Assembly (NCBI GenBank): GCA_036012755.1
Contig: DASCPX010000070.1
Location: 128,001-192,000, forward strand
Source of the DNA: Myxococcota bacterium
GTDB lineage: Bacteria; Myxococcota_A; UBA796; CAJQPC01
Direction: 5' to 3'
Length of the DNA stretch: 64,000 bases
The notes beneath the pieces were generated by a model, which was not told the DNA's origin, searched no databases, and saw only the letters and a list, made by a program, of their open reading frames with translations. Each line of letters begins with the position of its first letter. The first letter of the stretch is position 1. Shown one piece after another: positions 9,546 to 18,050 of the stretch. Both the position numbers and the translations under genes were made by a program.

Positions 9546-11025
9546 GCTGCCGCCCGCAGAGGGTGGCCAGGGCCAGGATGCTGGTCTGGGGGTTCACGCC
9601 GGTGTTGCTCGGGAACACACTGGAGTCCGCCACGTAGAGACCCTCGATGTGGTGGTGGCGGAAGTCCGGGCGCACCACCGAGGTGGCCGGATCGCTGCCC
9701 ATGCGGCAGGTGCCGAAGAGGTGGGTGACGGCCATGGAGTAGTGCGTGCCGAGCAGGGGGCCGTCGTCTTCGAAGGCGCGCATCTGCTCTGCCCCGGTGA
9801 CCACCGACGGCATGCCGAAGACCCCGGGCTCGACCTGCTCCGCGCCTGCCGCGAAGAGCAGCTCTCCGAGGACCCGCACCCCCCGACGCACCTTGAACAG
9901 GTCCCCACGACCCAGGTCGAAGCGAACCACCGGACGGCCCCGGCGCAGGACGACCCGGCCCTCGCTCTCGGCGCGGACCGCGCAGCCCCAGTGGGCTGCC
10001 TCGTGCATCCGCTCCAGCTCACGGGCGAAGTCGACGCCGAAGCCTCTCAGGCGAGCGGCGAGGATGGTCAGGTCGTAGCCAAGGGCCTCGAACTTCAGGC
10101 CCTCTCCCCTCAGCCCGGTGACCTCGTGGCCCTGGGTCGCGCCGGTCCACATGCGCACGGGCTCGCCGAAGCGTCCGGCGACGGCCACACCCGGATGACA
10201 CTGGAAGTGCCGGCCCACGGGGCCCTGCCGGATGCCCGAGGCCAGGAGCAGGGCAGGGGACTGCACCGCGCTGGCGGCGAGCACGACCGCGTGGGTGGCC
10301 CGCACCGAGACCCGGGCTCCTCCTTCGGCGCGTCCCGTGACACCGACGGCGCGACCTTGGGCTGTCTCGATCCGCTCCACGCGCACGCTGGCGGCGACGC
10401 GCGCCCCTCGCTCGCAGGCCTCTGGTAGCCAGGTTCGCTCCAGGCTCTGCTTGGCGCCGACGGGGCAGCCCTGCAAGCAGCGCCCAAGGCCCTCGCAGTC
10501 CCGCACGTTTCGGCGAATGGGTCGGTGAGCCAGCCCCAGCGCCTCCGCGCCACGGGCGAGCAGGGTGTTGTTGCGCCCGGCCACGGCCGGATCCGTCGGC
10601 GTGATGTGGAGGCCGGCTTCGACCTCGTCCGTGGCGGCCTCGATCCACTCCCAGGGCAGGGCCTCGGCCAGCGCCGGATCTTCGCGACGCCAGCCGTCGA
10701 AGACGTCCTCTGGGAGCCGCCAGCTGATGGCCCCGTTGACGACGGAGGTACCTCCGACGGCTCTGCCCTGGAGCAGCGCCATGGCCGGCTTCCCCCGCGT
10801 CACGCCGACGCCCATGTCCCGGTACAGGCTGCTCATGGCTCCGAAGCTGTCGCTCGAGGTCTCCGCCGGCTGCGGCATCGGGCCCTCCTCCAGCACCAGC
10901 ACGTCGGCCCCCGCTGACGCCGCCGCTCGGGCCACCGCTGCACCGGCCGGACCGCTGCCGATGATCACGACCTCGGCCTCCAGGCGCTCGTCGCCGCGCC
11001 AGCCTCGGCCGTCCAGCAGCTTCAC
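9493..11025 (-). CDS. GMC family oxidoreductase
   Basis: VVIIGSGPAG FAD motif, GRAVGGTSVVNG, C.GLGRCLQGCP, HLFGTCRMG, NTGVNP; start GTG 11025 overlaps the upstream stop. Confidence 0.92.
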   Translation of the reverse strand: MKLLDGRGWRGDERLEAEVVIIGSGPAGAAVARAAASAGADVLVLEEGPMPQPAETSSDSFGAMSSLYRDMGVGVTRGKPAMALLQGRAVGGTSVVNGAISWRLPEDVFDGWRREDPALAEALPWEWIEAATDEVEAGLHITPTDPAVAGRNNTLLARGAEALGLAHRPIRRNVRDCEGLGRCLQGCPVGAKQSLERTWLPEACERGARVAASVRVERIETAQGRAVGVTGRAEGGARVSVRATHAVVLAASAVQSPALLLASGIRQGPVGRHFQCHPGVAVAGRFGEPVRMWTGATQGHEVTGLRGEGLKFEALGYDLTILAARLRGFGVDFARELERMHEAAHWGCAVRAESEGRVVLRRGRPVVRFDLGRGDLFKVRRGVRVLGELLFAAGAEQVEPGVFGMPSVVTGAEQMRAFEDDGPLLGTHYSMAVTHLFGTCRMGSDPATSVVRPDFRHHHIEGLYVADSSVFPSNTGVNPQTSILALATLCGRQLTSSRAPDPPRARPPSG

Positions 11026-11390
11026 CGAGCCTCCGCGGCCCGTCGGACGTCCGGTCGTTGGAAGTGGGCGAAGCAGAGGACCAGCTTCAGGACCAGCGCC
11101 ACCTGCCTCAGGGGGTACAGCGCCGAGTCCCCGAGAGCCTGCACCAGCTCCGCGCGCTGCGGTGGACTGAGCGAGCCCAGGCAGCGCCCCCGAGCGAGCG
11201 CCGAGGCCCAGACCACCCAGACCGCAGCTCGCAGACCCCAGCGCAACAGCGGCGGCGCGTGAGACTCGAGCTCTGGCCAGAAGAGCTCGACCGCGGCTGG
11301 CTCGAAGCCCGGCTGGCCTGGCAGCGGCGGGAGCATCGCGCTCAGGATCTGGTCGCGGGCCCGGCGCTCGGGCGAGGTCCAGGTCTTCAA
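11022..11390 (-). CDS. Small hypothetical protein, probable partner subunit of the GMC oxidoreductase
   Basis: Stop/start overlaps with both neighbours; position typical of small GMC partner genes. Confidence 0.6.
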   Translation of the reverse strand: MKTWTSPERRARDQILSAMLPPLPGQPGFEPAAVELFWPELESHAPPLLRWGLRAAVWVVWASALARGRCLGSLSPPQRAELVQALGDSALYPLRQVALVLKLVLCFAHFQRPDVRRAAEAR

Positions 11391-12073
11391 GCGAGGCGGG
11401 CCAGCGTGAGGGCGTCCAGCGCCTCGAGGGTGGTCGACACGACCCCGCGGGCCTGCTCCGGATCACCGGCTCGAAGCAGCGCCACCACCGCCGGGTAGCT
11501 GGCCGCGACGGCCGCGCGGTCGGTGTGCATCGCGGCCGCCAGCTCGGGGTGGACGGCGTAGGTGCGCATGACCGTGTTGAAGAGCAGGACCAGGGCCGGG
11601 TTTCCGGCGGCGCGGACCACGCGCTGGGAGAAGGCGATGTCGCGGGCGGCGAAGGCCTCTGCGTCGAGTTCGGCGGCGCCGACCTCGGCCTGCTGGGCGC
11701 GGGCCATGACCTCGAGGTCCTCGATGTCACCGTCGGAGGCTCGCTCGCAGGCCCGGGCCACGGCCTCTGCGGCGACACAGCGGCGCAGCTCGAGGAAACC
11801 CGCAGCCAGGGCACGATCGGGCTGCGCGAGCAGGTGCGGCAGCAGGTCGAAGCCGCCCGTCTCACGCCAGCTCCGGACCCTGTAGCCCGAGCCCTGGCGA
11901 GCGCTCAGCAGGCCAGCAGCGCAGAGCTGCGCCAGCGCCGCTCGCAAGGTCGGGCGACTGACGCCCATCGACTCCGCCAACCGCCGCTCTGCGGGCAGCA
12001 CGCTCCCTACGGTCCACTCGCCCGCGATGACCCGGCGGGTCAACGCCTCTGCCGCTTGCTCGGTCCTCGTCAT
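11387..12073 (-). CDS. GntR/FadR-family transcriptional regulator (FCD domain)
   Basis: LPAERRLAESMGVSRPTLRAAL...RQGSG winged helix; C-terminal D.AF...AAGNP. Confidence 0.92.
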   Translation of the reverse strand: MTRTEQAAEALTRRVIAGEWTVGSVLPAERRLAESMGVSRPTLRAALAQLCAAGLLSARQGSGYRVRSWRETGGFDLLPHLLAQPDRALAAGFLELRRCVAAEAVARACERASDGDIEDLEVMARAQQAEVGAAELDAEAFAARDIAFSQRVVRAAGNPALVLLFNTVMRTYAVHPELAAAMHTDRAAVAASYPAVVALLRAGDPEQARGVVSTTLEALDALTLARLA

Positions 12074-12081
12074 CTTCCTCG

Positions 12082-12109
12082 ATTGGTCGAGCCAATTGGT
12101 TTGACCAAT
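12082..12109. promoter_or_regulatory. Two overlapping FadR/PdhR-type operator palindromes
   Basis: ATTGGTCGAGCCAAT (12082-12096) and ATTGGTTTGACCAAT (12095-12109) just upstream of the regulator start; the second resembles the PdhR box AATTGGTnnnACCAATT. Confidence 0.75.
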
Positions 12110-12138
12110 ATCCCGAGGCCCGACGCTACGTCAAGCGA

Positions 12139-12765
12139 TCAGATGGGCGCGATGAGCTGAGGCCCGGTGGCCCGGACGTTGCCGATGGTCTTGGCGACCC
12201 GGTGACGCTCGACCGTGCTCGCCTCCGGAGGACGCAGCATCCTGGCGAGGTTCTTCTCGTCGAGGTCGGAGAGCCAGCGCAAGGGTTCATCGAGCAACAG
12301 CGGCATGCGATCGTGGATGTCCTCGAGGTCCGGGCTCGCCGGCACCGTGATGATGCTGAAGCTGCCGTTGTCGCTGAGACCGGCGAAGGCGAACATCGCA
12401 CCTCCGCGGTGGAGGTACCAGGGCTGCTTTCCGCCCTTCGGACCTGTCCACTCGTACCATCCGTTGGCCACGACCAGGCACCGTCCGGAGTGAATCCCGG
12501 TACGGAACAGCGGCCTCTTGAGGACCGTCTCGGCGCGGGCGTTGACGAACCGGGACGCCATGTGCGGAGCCTCGAACTCGGCCCACTTGGGCAACAGGCC
12601 GAACTGGTAGGACTTCAACTCGTTGGCTGTCGCCCCCTGGAGGACGATGGGGGCCATGTCGGTCGGGCAGACGTTGTAGTTGGCCTGCACGGCGGTATCG
12701 CTGGCGAGACCGAAGGCCTCGATCAGCTCCTCAGGCCTGCAGTAGATTGCGTAACGGGCGCACAT
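12139..12765 (-). CDS. SOS response-associated peptidase (SRAP; YedK/HMCES abasic-site protein)
   Basis: N-terminal MCARY (Cys2), YNVCPT, NARAET, GWYEW, IHDRMP. Confidence 0.93.
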   Translation of the reverse strand: MCARYAIYCRPEELIEAFGLASDTAVQANYNVCPTDMAPIVLQGATANELKSYQFGLLPKWAEFEAPHMASRFVNARAETVLKRPLFRTGIHSGRCLVVANGWYEWTGPKGGKQPWYLHRGGAMFAFAGLSDNGSFSIITVPASPDLEDIHDRMPLLLDEPLRWLSDLDEKNLARMLRPPEASTVERHRVAKTIGNVRATGPQLIAPI

Positions 12766-12776
12766 CGTTCACGTTT

Positions 12777-13601
12777 CTATGGACAGGGGTTGAACTCGGG
12801 GCCGAGGTCCCAAGTCTTGATGATGGTCGACAGGCCTTCGTGCGTACCGCAGACATCGTCCGCGAGCGACTCCGCGTCCTCCCAGTCGTCGACGTACTCG
12901 GCGACGAAGGCGGCCTTGTCTGCGGAGGTGAAGACCGCGAGCCGGTCGCACTCGTCGTACTCGTGGCAGGACTCGTCGAGGTGCCAGTCGAAGTAGTCGA
13001 CGAGCTCCTCGAGCTGGTCGAGGTCGTTCTTCAGCGCCACCGACAGTCCGCGCTCGTGAGCCTCGTTCGCTATCCACTGGTTGAAGTCGAGCTGCTCGGT
13101 CTCGTTGAGGCCGAGGCCGTTGTCGTTGGCGTAGCCGTCCACGTTGTCGGGCTCGACGCCGTCGCAGCCGCGCTCGAAGGCGAGGTCCAGGCGCGCCTCG
13201 AGGATGTCGCGCACCCGGTCGTCGCGGACGTCGACCCACCTCTCGCCCTCCCACTCGTCGAGGGGGTCGCCCAGCACCGCCGAGGGATAGTCCCCGGCGT
13301 CCTCGCGCCAGTCCTCGTAGGTGCCGGCGGAGAAGTAGCAGATCAGGGTGCTCTCCTCCGTGACCTCTTCGATGACATCGTCGCTCGCGTCGAAGAGGTC
13401 GAGGTTGTACATCTCGACGTCCAGCGAGGTGTCGATCTCGCCCTGGAGCTGCCACTGCCAGGTCGTGCCGACGGCGGGTTCCCAGACCTCGGCGTCGACG
13501 GGGTCCGTGCGGGTGAACCCGACGCACGCGCCGTCCATGTAGATCGTGCCGATGGGGCAGTCGGGGGTCCTGTTGCAGGCCATCGATAGGAGGAGGAGCA
13601 T
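12777..13601 (-). CDS. GH114 endo-alpha-1,4-polygalactosaminidase lipoprotein
   Basis: WQWQL, ICYFSAGTYEDWRED, GCDGVEPDNVD, LKND; signal MLLLLSMAC starting at 13601. Confidence 0.88.
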   Translation of the reverse strand: MLLLLSMACNRTPDCPIGTIYMDGACVGFTRTDPVDAEVWEPAVGTTWQWQLQGEIDTSLDVEMYNLDLFDASDDVIEEVTEESTLICYFSAGTYEDWREDAGDYPSAVLGDPLDEWEGERWVDVRDDRVRDILEARLDLAFERGCDGVEPDNVDGYANDNGLGLNETEQLDFNQWIANEAHERGLSVALKNDLDQLEELVDYFDWHLDESCHEYDECDRLAVFTSADKAAFVAEYVDDWEDAESLADDVCGTHEGLSTIIKTWDLGPEFNPCP

Positions 13602-14437
13602 CAGACCTCGTGGCTCGCGGACTCTGCAGATGGGCCGATGTCGATCGAGCCCTCGTGGGTCGAGGCGGCGGCGGAGCAGACCTGCTCCAGCTCGTCGTCG
13701 CTCCGAGCAGGGTCGTAGTGGAAGAACAGGAGCCGCTTGGCGGCCACGGTCTCTGCGTAGCGAACCGCCAGCTCGGCCGTGCAGTGTCCCCACCCCGCGC
13801 GGCTCGCGTACTCCTCGCCGGTGTACTGGGCGTCGTGGACCAGGAGGTCGGCGCCCTCTGCGATGGAGAAGCCAGAGAGCCACTCTTCTCTTGGGAGCCC
13901 GTTCCGGCAACCGAGCTGGGGCTCATGGTCGGGCATGTAGGCCAGCGTGCGCCCGCCGCATTGGATCCGGTAGCCGACGGTGGGGCCGGGGTGGGTGACG
14001 AGGTGGCCGCTGAGGCGGAAAGCGCCGATGTCCCAGCCGTCCCGGGTCACGTCGTGGCAGCTGACCAGCGACGGGACCTCGCGAATGCGGACGGGGAACA
14101 GCGGCGGCGAGAGGTAGCGATTGAGGCGCTTTCGCAGCGTCCGCGTGGTGCTCGGTGGACCCCAGATGTGGACCTGGACGTCGGGGGTGTAGAGAGGGGT
14201 GAAGAAGCCCAGCCCCTGGATGTGATCCATGTGGAGGTGGGTGAGCAGGACGTCGACGCGCTTCGTGCCGGGGGGGATGGCCTCTCCGGCTGCGCGGATG
14301 CCGCTCCCGGCGTCCAGGATGAGGACCTGGCCCTCGTCGTTCTGGACCATGACGCAGGACGTGTTTCCACCGTAGCGGGTCGTCTCTGGACCCGGCGAGG
14401 GGAGGCTGCCCCTGGTTCCGTAGAAGGTGAGTCGCAC
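13601..14437 (-). CDS. MBL-fold metallo-hydrolase (phosphodiesterase-like)
   Basis: GTRGS, YGGNTSC, THLHMDHIQG, HDAQY, GWGH, FHYDP. Confidence 0.9.
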   Translation of the reverse strand: MRLTFYGTRGSLPSPGPETTRYGGNTSCVMVQNDEGQVLILDAGSGIRAAGEAIPPGTKRVDVLLTHLHMDHIQGLGFFTPLYTPDVQVHIWGPPSTTRTLRKRLNRYLSPPLFPVRIREVPSLVSCHDVTRDGWDIGAFRLSGHLVTHPGPTVGYRIQCGGRTLAYMPDHEPQLGCRNGLPREEWLSGFSIAEGADLLVHDAQYTGEEYASRAGWGHCTAELAVRYAETVAAKRLLFFHYDPARSDDELEQVCSAAASTHEGSIDIGPSAESASHEV

Positions 14438-14824
14438 TCAGCCCGCCGTCTCGAGCAGCACGAGGACGCCGGCCTGCCCCTGGGACAGTCCGCGAATCGG
14501 GAACGAGGTCAGGGTGACGACCCGACGCTGGCCGTCCATGCCGCGGAGGCTCAACGTGTGCTGGGTGGCGTGCTCGGAGGCCAGCGCTCGGGCGAGCGGG
14601 CTGTCCTCCCAGCCGACGACCTTTCCGTCCGCCCCTTCCACTCGGAAGGCGGCGTGCCACTCCTCCGGTGCCATCGAACCCGACTCGCTGAAGGACCGTC
14701 CGACGACCAGCGCGGCAGCCTGGTTGAAGTAGACGAGCGCGCCGCAGTCATCGAAGAGCAGCGTGGGTGTCGTCAACAGGGCGCTCCACTGGCGCGCCAT
14801 CACCAGTTCGATCGGTCGACCCAA
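14438..14824 (-). CDS. Stand-alone PAS domain protein
   Basis: PTLLFDDCGALVYFNQAAALVVG; directly abuts the MBL gene. Confidence 0.75.
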   Translation of the reverse strand: MGRPIELVMARQWSALLTTPTLLFDDCGALVYFNQAAALVVGRSFSESGSMAPEEWHAAFRVEGADGKVVGWEDSPLARALASEHATQHTLSLRGMDGQRRVVTLTSFPIRGLSQGQAGVLVLLETAG

Positions 14825-14886
14825 GGCTCGCTCCTTCCGGGCGGCATCGTAGCACCGGGATAGAGGCGCACCTCGGAGGTGTGTCG

Positions 14887-15144
14887 ATGATGCTGATGGT
14901 GACCTGGGAACCGGGAAAGGAGAGCGAAGACTTCGTCAACGAGCTGAAGTCGTTGGGGAACTGGTCCAATCGCGTCCCTGGCGCCTGGATCCTCGACACG
15001 CCGCTGGCCCCGCAGAAGGTGCGGGATCTGCTGGGCACCAAGATGCCCGGAGAGCGGCTGTTCGTCGCTCGGATCACGCAGAACTGGGCGGGCAGGAACA
15101 TGGGGACGCAGTTCCCCGAGTGGATGAAGCGCCGCCAGTTCTGA
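14887..15144 (+). CDS. Small hypothetical protein (85 aa), possibly ferredoxin-like Cas2/VapD-type fold
   Basis: GGAGG RBS; pattern LKSLGNW...AWILDT...VRD.L...RLFVARIT.NWAG. Confidence 0.6.
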   Translation: MMLMVTWEPGKESEDFVNELKSLGNWSNRVPGAWILDTPLAPQKVRDLLGTKMPGERLFVARITQNWAGRNMGTQFPEWMKRRQF

Positions 15145-15153
15145 GAGTCGGCC

Positions 15154-15624
15154 TCAGTTCAGCCACTCCCAGGCGCCGAGGTTTTCGTAGTCGAGGACCC
15201 GCCGCCCGGAGATGCCCGTCGACAGCGGGTGCCACCACAGGACGTGCTCCTCGCCGGATTTCCAGCAGAGGTAGACCTCGCGTCCGTTGCGCATCGCCGG
15301 GAAGTCCAGCAGCGGCTCCTCGATGCCCTTCACCTCGACACCTTCGGCGTGGATGTGCTCGACGACGCGGGCGATCTCCGCGCGGAGCTCCTCCACCTGC
15401 CCCATGAGCTCCTCCGGGTCGACCCGAGGCTCCGGCGCCCGAAGGGTCTGGACGAGCTGCCTCACCTGGCCGTAGCAGCCGCTCGCGTACTCGATGAGCT
15501 CGCGCAGACGGGGCAGAGCGGCGTTGGCCTCGGCGGGCGTGAAGTAGCGGACTCGGGGCGGGCGCTCGGTCTCCACGCTCCAGAGCCTATCGCGGTCAGC
15601 GTCTACCGGTGGCGAAGGCGTCAC
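15154..15624 (-). CDS. DUF2203 family protein
   Basis: RYFTPAEANAALP, GVEVKGIEEPLLDFP, VYLCWKSGE, WWH. Confidence 0.85.
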   Translation of the reverse strand: MTPSPPVDADRDRLWSVETERPPRVRYFTPAEANAALPRLRELIEYASGCYGQVRQLVQTLRAPEPRVDPEELMGQVEELRAEIARVVEHIHAEGVEVKGIEEPLLDFPAMRNGREVYLCWKSGEEHVLWWHPLSTGISGRRVLDYENLGAWEWLN

Positions 15625-15662
15625 GTAGAGGGCAGTCTTGGCGTAGGGTTCAGTGATCGTCT

Positions 15663-17567
15663 GTGGGACTACTCATGCTTCTTCTCTCCCTCGCGTGCAT
15701 CCAGTACGATTTCAACAAGGACGGCGACGTCACTCCGGGCTTCGAGCACGACTCCTCGGAGCCCTGCCCGCCGGGCGTCGACTGCTCAGAGGACAGCGAG
15801 GTCCCCGACGACTCGGACTCGCAGGTGGAGCTGGACTACTGCGATGACAAGTACTTCGAGGCTGGTGAGCTCTCTCCGGTCGACGAGTGCTACAACGAGC
15901 CCACGACCGGCACGTGGAACCCGGTCATCGAGTGGACCTCCTCGGCGCCGAGCGGGGTCTACACGACCCCCGTCATCGGCAACCTCACGGACGACAACGG
16001 CGACGGCAAGATCGACGAGGACGACATCCCCGACGTCGTGGTGGGCAACACCTCGGGTGTGTACTGGGCTCTGGAGGGGGACTCTGGCGCGACCATCTGG
16101 TCAGCCGGCAGCCTCGGAAGCGAGCCCATGACCGCGGCCATCGGCGACGTCGACGGCGACGGCAACCCCGACGTCGTAGGTGCTGGCTCCGGCGGAATCC
16201 AGGCCTTCAACGGCGAGGACGGGAGCTCGCTGTGGCTGGTCAGCGCCTACTCCGGTGGCAGCAGCCCGCAGTGCGGCGCGGTCGGGCTCCACGACCTCGA
16301 CGGCGACGGGGATGTCGAGGTCATCATCGGCAACGCGATCTACGACGGGTCCACCGGGAGCCTCAACGCCCAGGGCAGCTACGGCGCTGGTGCGGGACAT
16401 GCGTGGGCGGCGCCCATGGGTGTGGCCGCGGACATCGACGCCGACGGTGACCTCGAGGTCGTGGTGGGCAACGCCATCTACGACGAAAACGGCAACGCCG
16501 AGTGGTACAACGGCCTCTCCGATGGCTTCGTCGCGGTCGGTCAGTTCGACTCGGACCCATACGGCGAGATCGTCGTCTCCCACACGGGCTCGCTGCGGCT
16601 CCAGGATGACGACGGCACCGAGATCTGGACCCTGAGCGGCCTGACCGGGAGCACCATCGGTCCGCCGACGGTCGCGGACTTCGACGGTGACGGCGACCCC
16701 GAGATCGGCGTGGCCGGTAACGGCGTCTACATCGTCGTCGACAAGGACGGCAACGAGCTCTGGCAGAACACGGTGCAGGACTACTCCAGCGGCTTCACCG
16801 GCTCCTCGGTCTTCGACTTCGAGGGTGACGGCGCCGCAGAGGTCGTCTACGCCGACGAGGTGGCCGTCTGGGTCTACGACGGGGCCACCGGGGCGGTGAA
16901 GCTCAAGGAGACCCAGCACTCCAGCGCCACCTGCAGCGAGTACCCGGCGGTCGCCGATGTCGACAACGACGGCAACGCCGAGATCATCTACAGCTCCAGC
17001 CCCTACGGCTCACCGAGCTACTCCGGCGTCACGGTCATCGGCGACGACGACGACAGCTGGCAGCGGGGCCGCCCGGTCTGGAACCAGCACGGCTACTTCA
17101 TCACCAACGTCGACGACGACTCGACGATCCCGAAGACCCAGGACACGAACTGGCTCACCTACAACAACTTCCGGTCCGGTGACATCCTCGCCGGCACCGG
17201 CGGCGTGATGCCCGACCTCGTGGTGAAGCTCGACCACGTCTGCGACACCGAGTGCGACCGCGGCACGCTCTGGGTCTGGGGCCGGGTCGGCAACCAGGGC
17301 CACGAGGACGTGGTGGACCCCTTCGAGGTCGTGCTCTCGGTCATCACCCCCGACGGCGAGAAGCAGATCGCCAGCCAGACCGTGACCAGCGGCCTCGCCT
17401 CCGGTGAGCTCAAGGACAGCATCGTCTTCGAGGTCGGCGGACTCGAGGGCTGGACGATCTACGACGTGCGCCTGGAGGTGGACGGAGGGAACGCCGACGA
17501 GGGCGACATCCGCGAGTGCAACGAAGACAACGACGAGGACAGCTGGGGCACCAGCGTCTGCCTGTAG
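15663..17567 (+). CDS. FG-GAP/VCBS repeat lipoprotein with C-terminal CARDB-like domain
   Basis: Lipobox SLAC; many D.DGDG..E motifs; FDFEGDG.AEVVYADE; WNQH.Y; terminal ECNEDN. Confidence 0.87.
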   Translation: MGLLMLLLSLACIQYDFNKDGDVTPGFEHDSSEPCPPGVDCSEDSEVPDDSDSQVELDYCDDKYFEAGELSPVDECYNEPTTGTWNPVIEWTSSAPSGVYTTPVIGNLTDDNGDGKIDEDDIPDVVVGNTSGVYWALEGDSGATIWSAGSLGSEPMTAAIGDVDGDGNPDVVGAGSGGIQAFNGEDGSSLWLVSAYSGGSSPQCGAVGLHDLDGDGDVEVIIGNAIYDGSTGSLNAQGSYGAGAGHAWAAPMGVAADIDADGDLEVVVGNAIYDENGNAEWYNGLSDGFVAVGQFDSDPYGEIVVSHTGSLRLQDDDGTEIWTLSGLTGSTIGPPTVADFDGDGDPEIGVAGNGVYIVVDKDGNELWQNTVQDYSSGFTGSSVFDFEGDGAAEVVYADEVAVWVYDGATGAVKLKETQHSSATCSEYPAVADVDNDGNAEIIYSSSPYGSPSYSGVTVIGDDDDSWQRGRPVWNQHGYFITNVDDDSTIPKTQDTNWLTYNNFRSGDILAGTGGVMPDLVVKLDHVCDTECDRGTLWVWGRVGNQGHEDVVDPFEVVLSVITPDGEKQIASQTVTSGLASGELKDSIVFEVGGLEGWTIYDVRLEVDGGNADEGDIRECNEDNDEDSWGTSVCL

Positions 17568-17577
17568 GCAACGCCGC

Positions 17578-18027
17578 CTACAGCTCCCCGAGCTCCCCTC
17601 CGGCCGAGGCCCAGGCGCCGAGGCCGCCCTCCAGCGAGGTGGCGTTGATCAGGCCCTTCTGTCGCAACAGGGTCGCGGCCTCCAGGCTGCGCGCCCCGGT
17701 GGCGCAGTAGCAGACGATCTCGTCTGCGTCCTTCAGCTCCTCCCACCGCGTCCTCAGCTGGGAGAGCTCGATGTGCAGCGCTCCCGGAAGGACGCCGCTG
17801 GCGACCTCCGCCGAGGTGCGCACGTCCACGATGACGATGTGCTCGCCGACTTCGAGGCGTTCCCTGAGCTCCTGTGCTCCGCACTCGATGTTCGCGAGGT
17901 TCGAGTAGTCCTCATCGGAAGCTTCCCTTCGGGGCTCGCGGGGCGGTCGCGGGGGCCGCTTCGGGCCGGAGTCGTCCAGGCCGAGGGCGCGCCTGGCGAT
18001 GCTCTTGAGCGTGCTGCGAATGCCCAT
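17578..18027 (-). CDS. Rhodanese-like domain protein
   Basis: IVDVRT..E...G.LPGA, CYCATGARS, LEGGLGAW; start at ATG 18027. Confidence 0.85.
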   Translation of the reverse strand: MGIRSTLKSIARRALGLDDSGPKRPPRPPREPRREASDEDYSNLANIECGAQELRERLEVGEHIVIVDVRTSAEVASGVLPGALHIELSQLRTRWEELKDADEIVCYCATGARSLEAATLLRQKGLINATSLEGGLGAWASAGGELGEL

Positions 18028-18050
18028 CTCCGAGACCTCCGAGCCGACCT

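Noticed and set aside
9493..11865. 790-aa GMC protein as given in the ORF track
   Set aside because: The N-terminal part overlaps two better genes; the FAD motif fits a GTG start at 11025
14887..15144. CRISPR-Cas locus suggested by the Cas2-like protein
   Set aside because: No repeat-spacer array or other cas genes in the window
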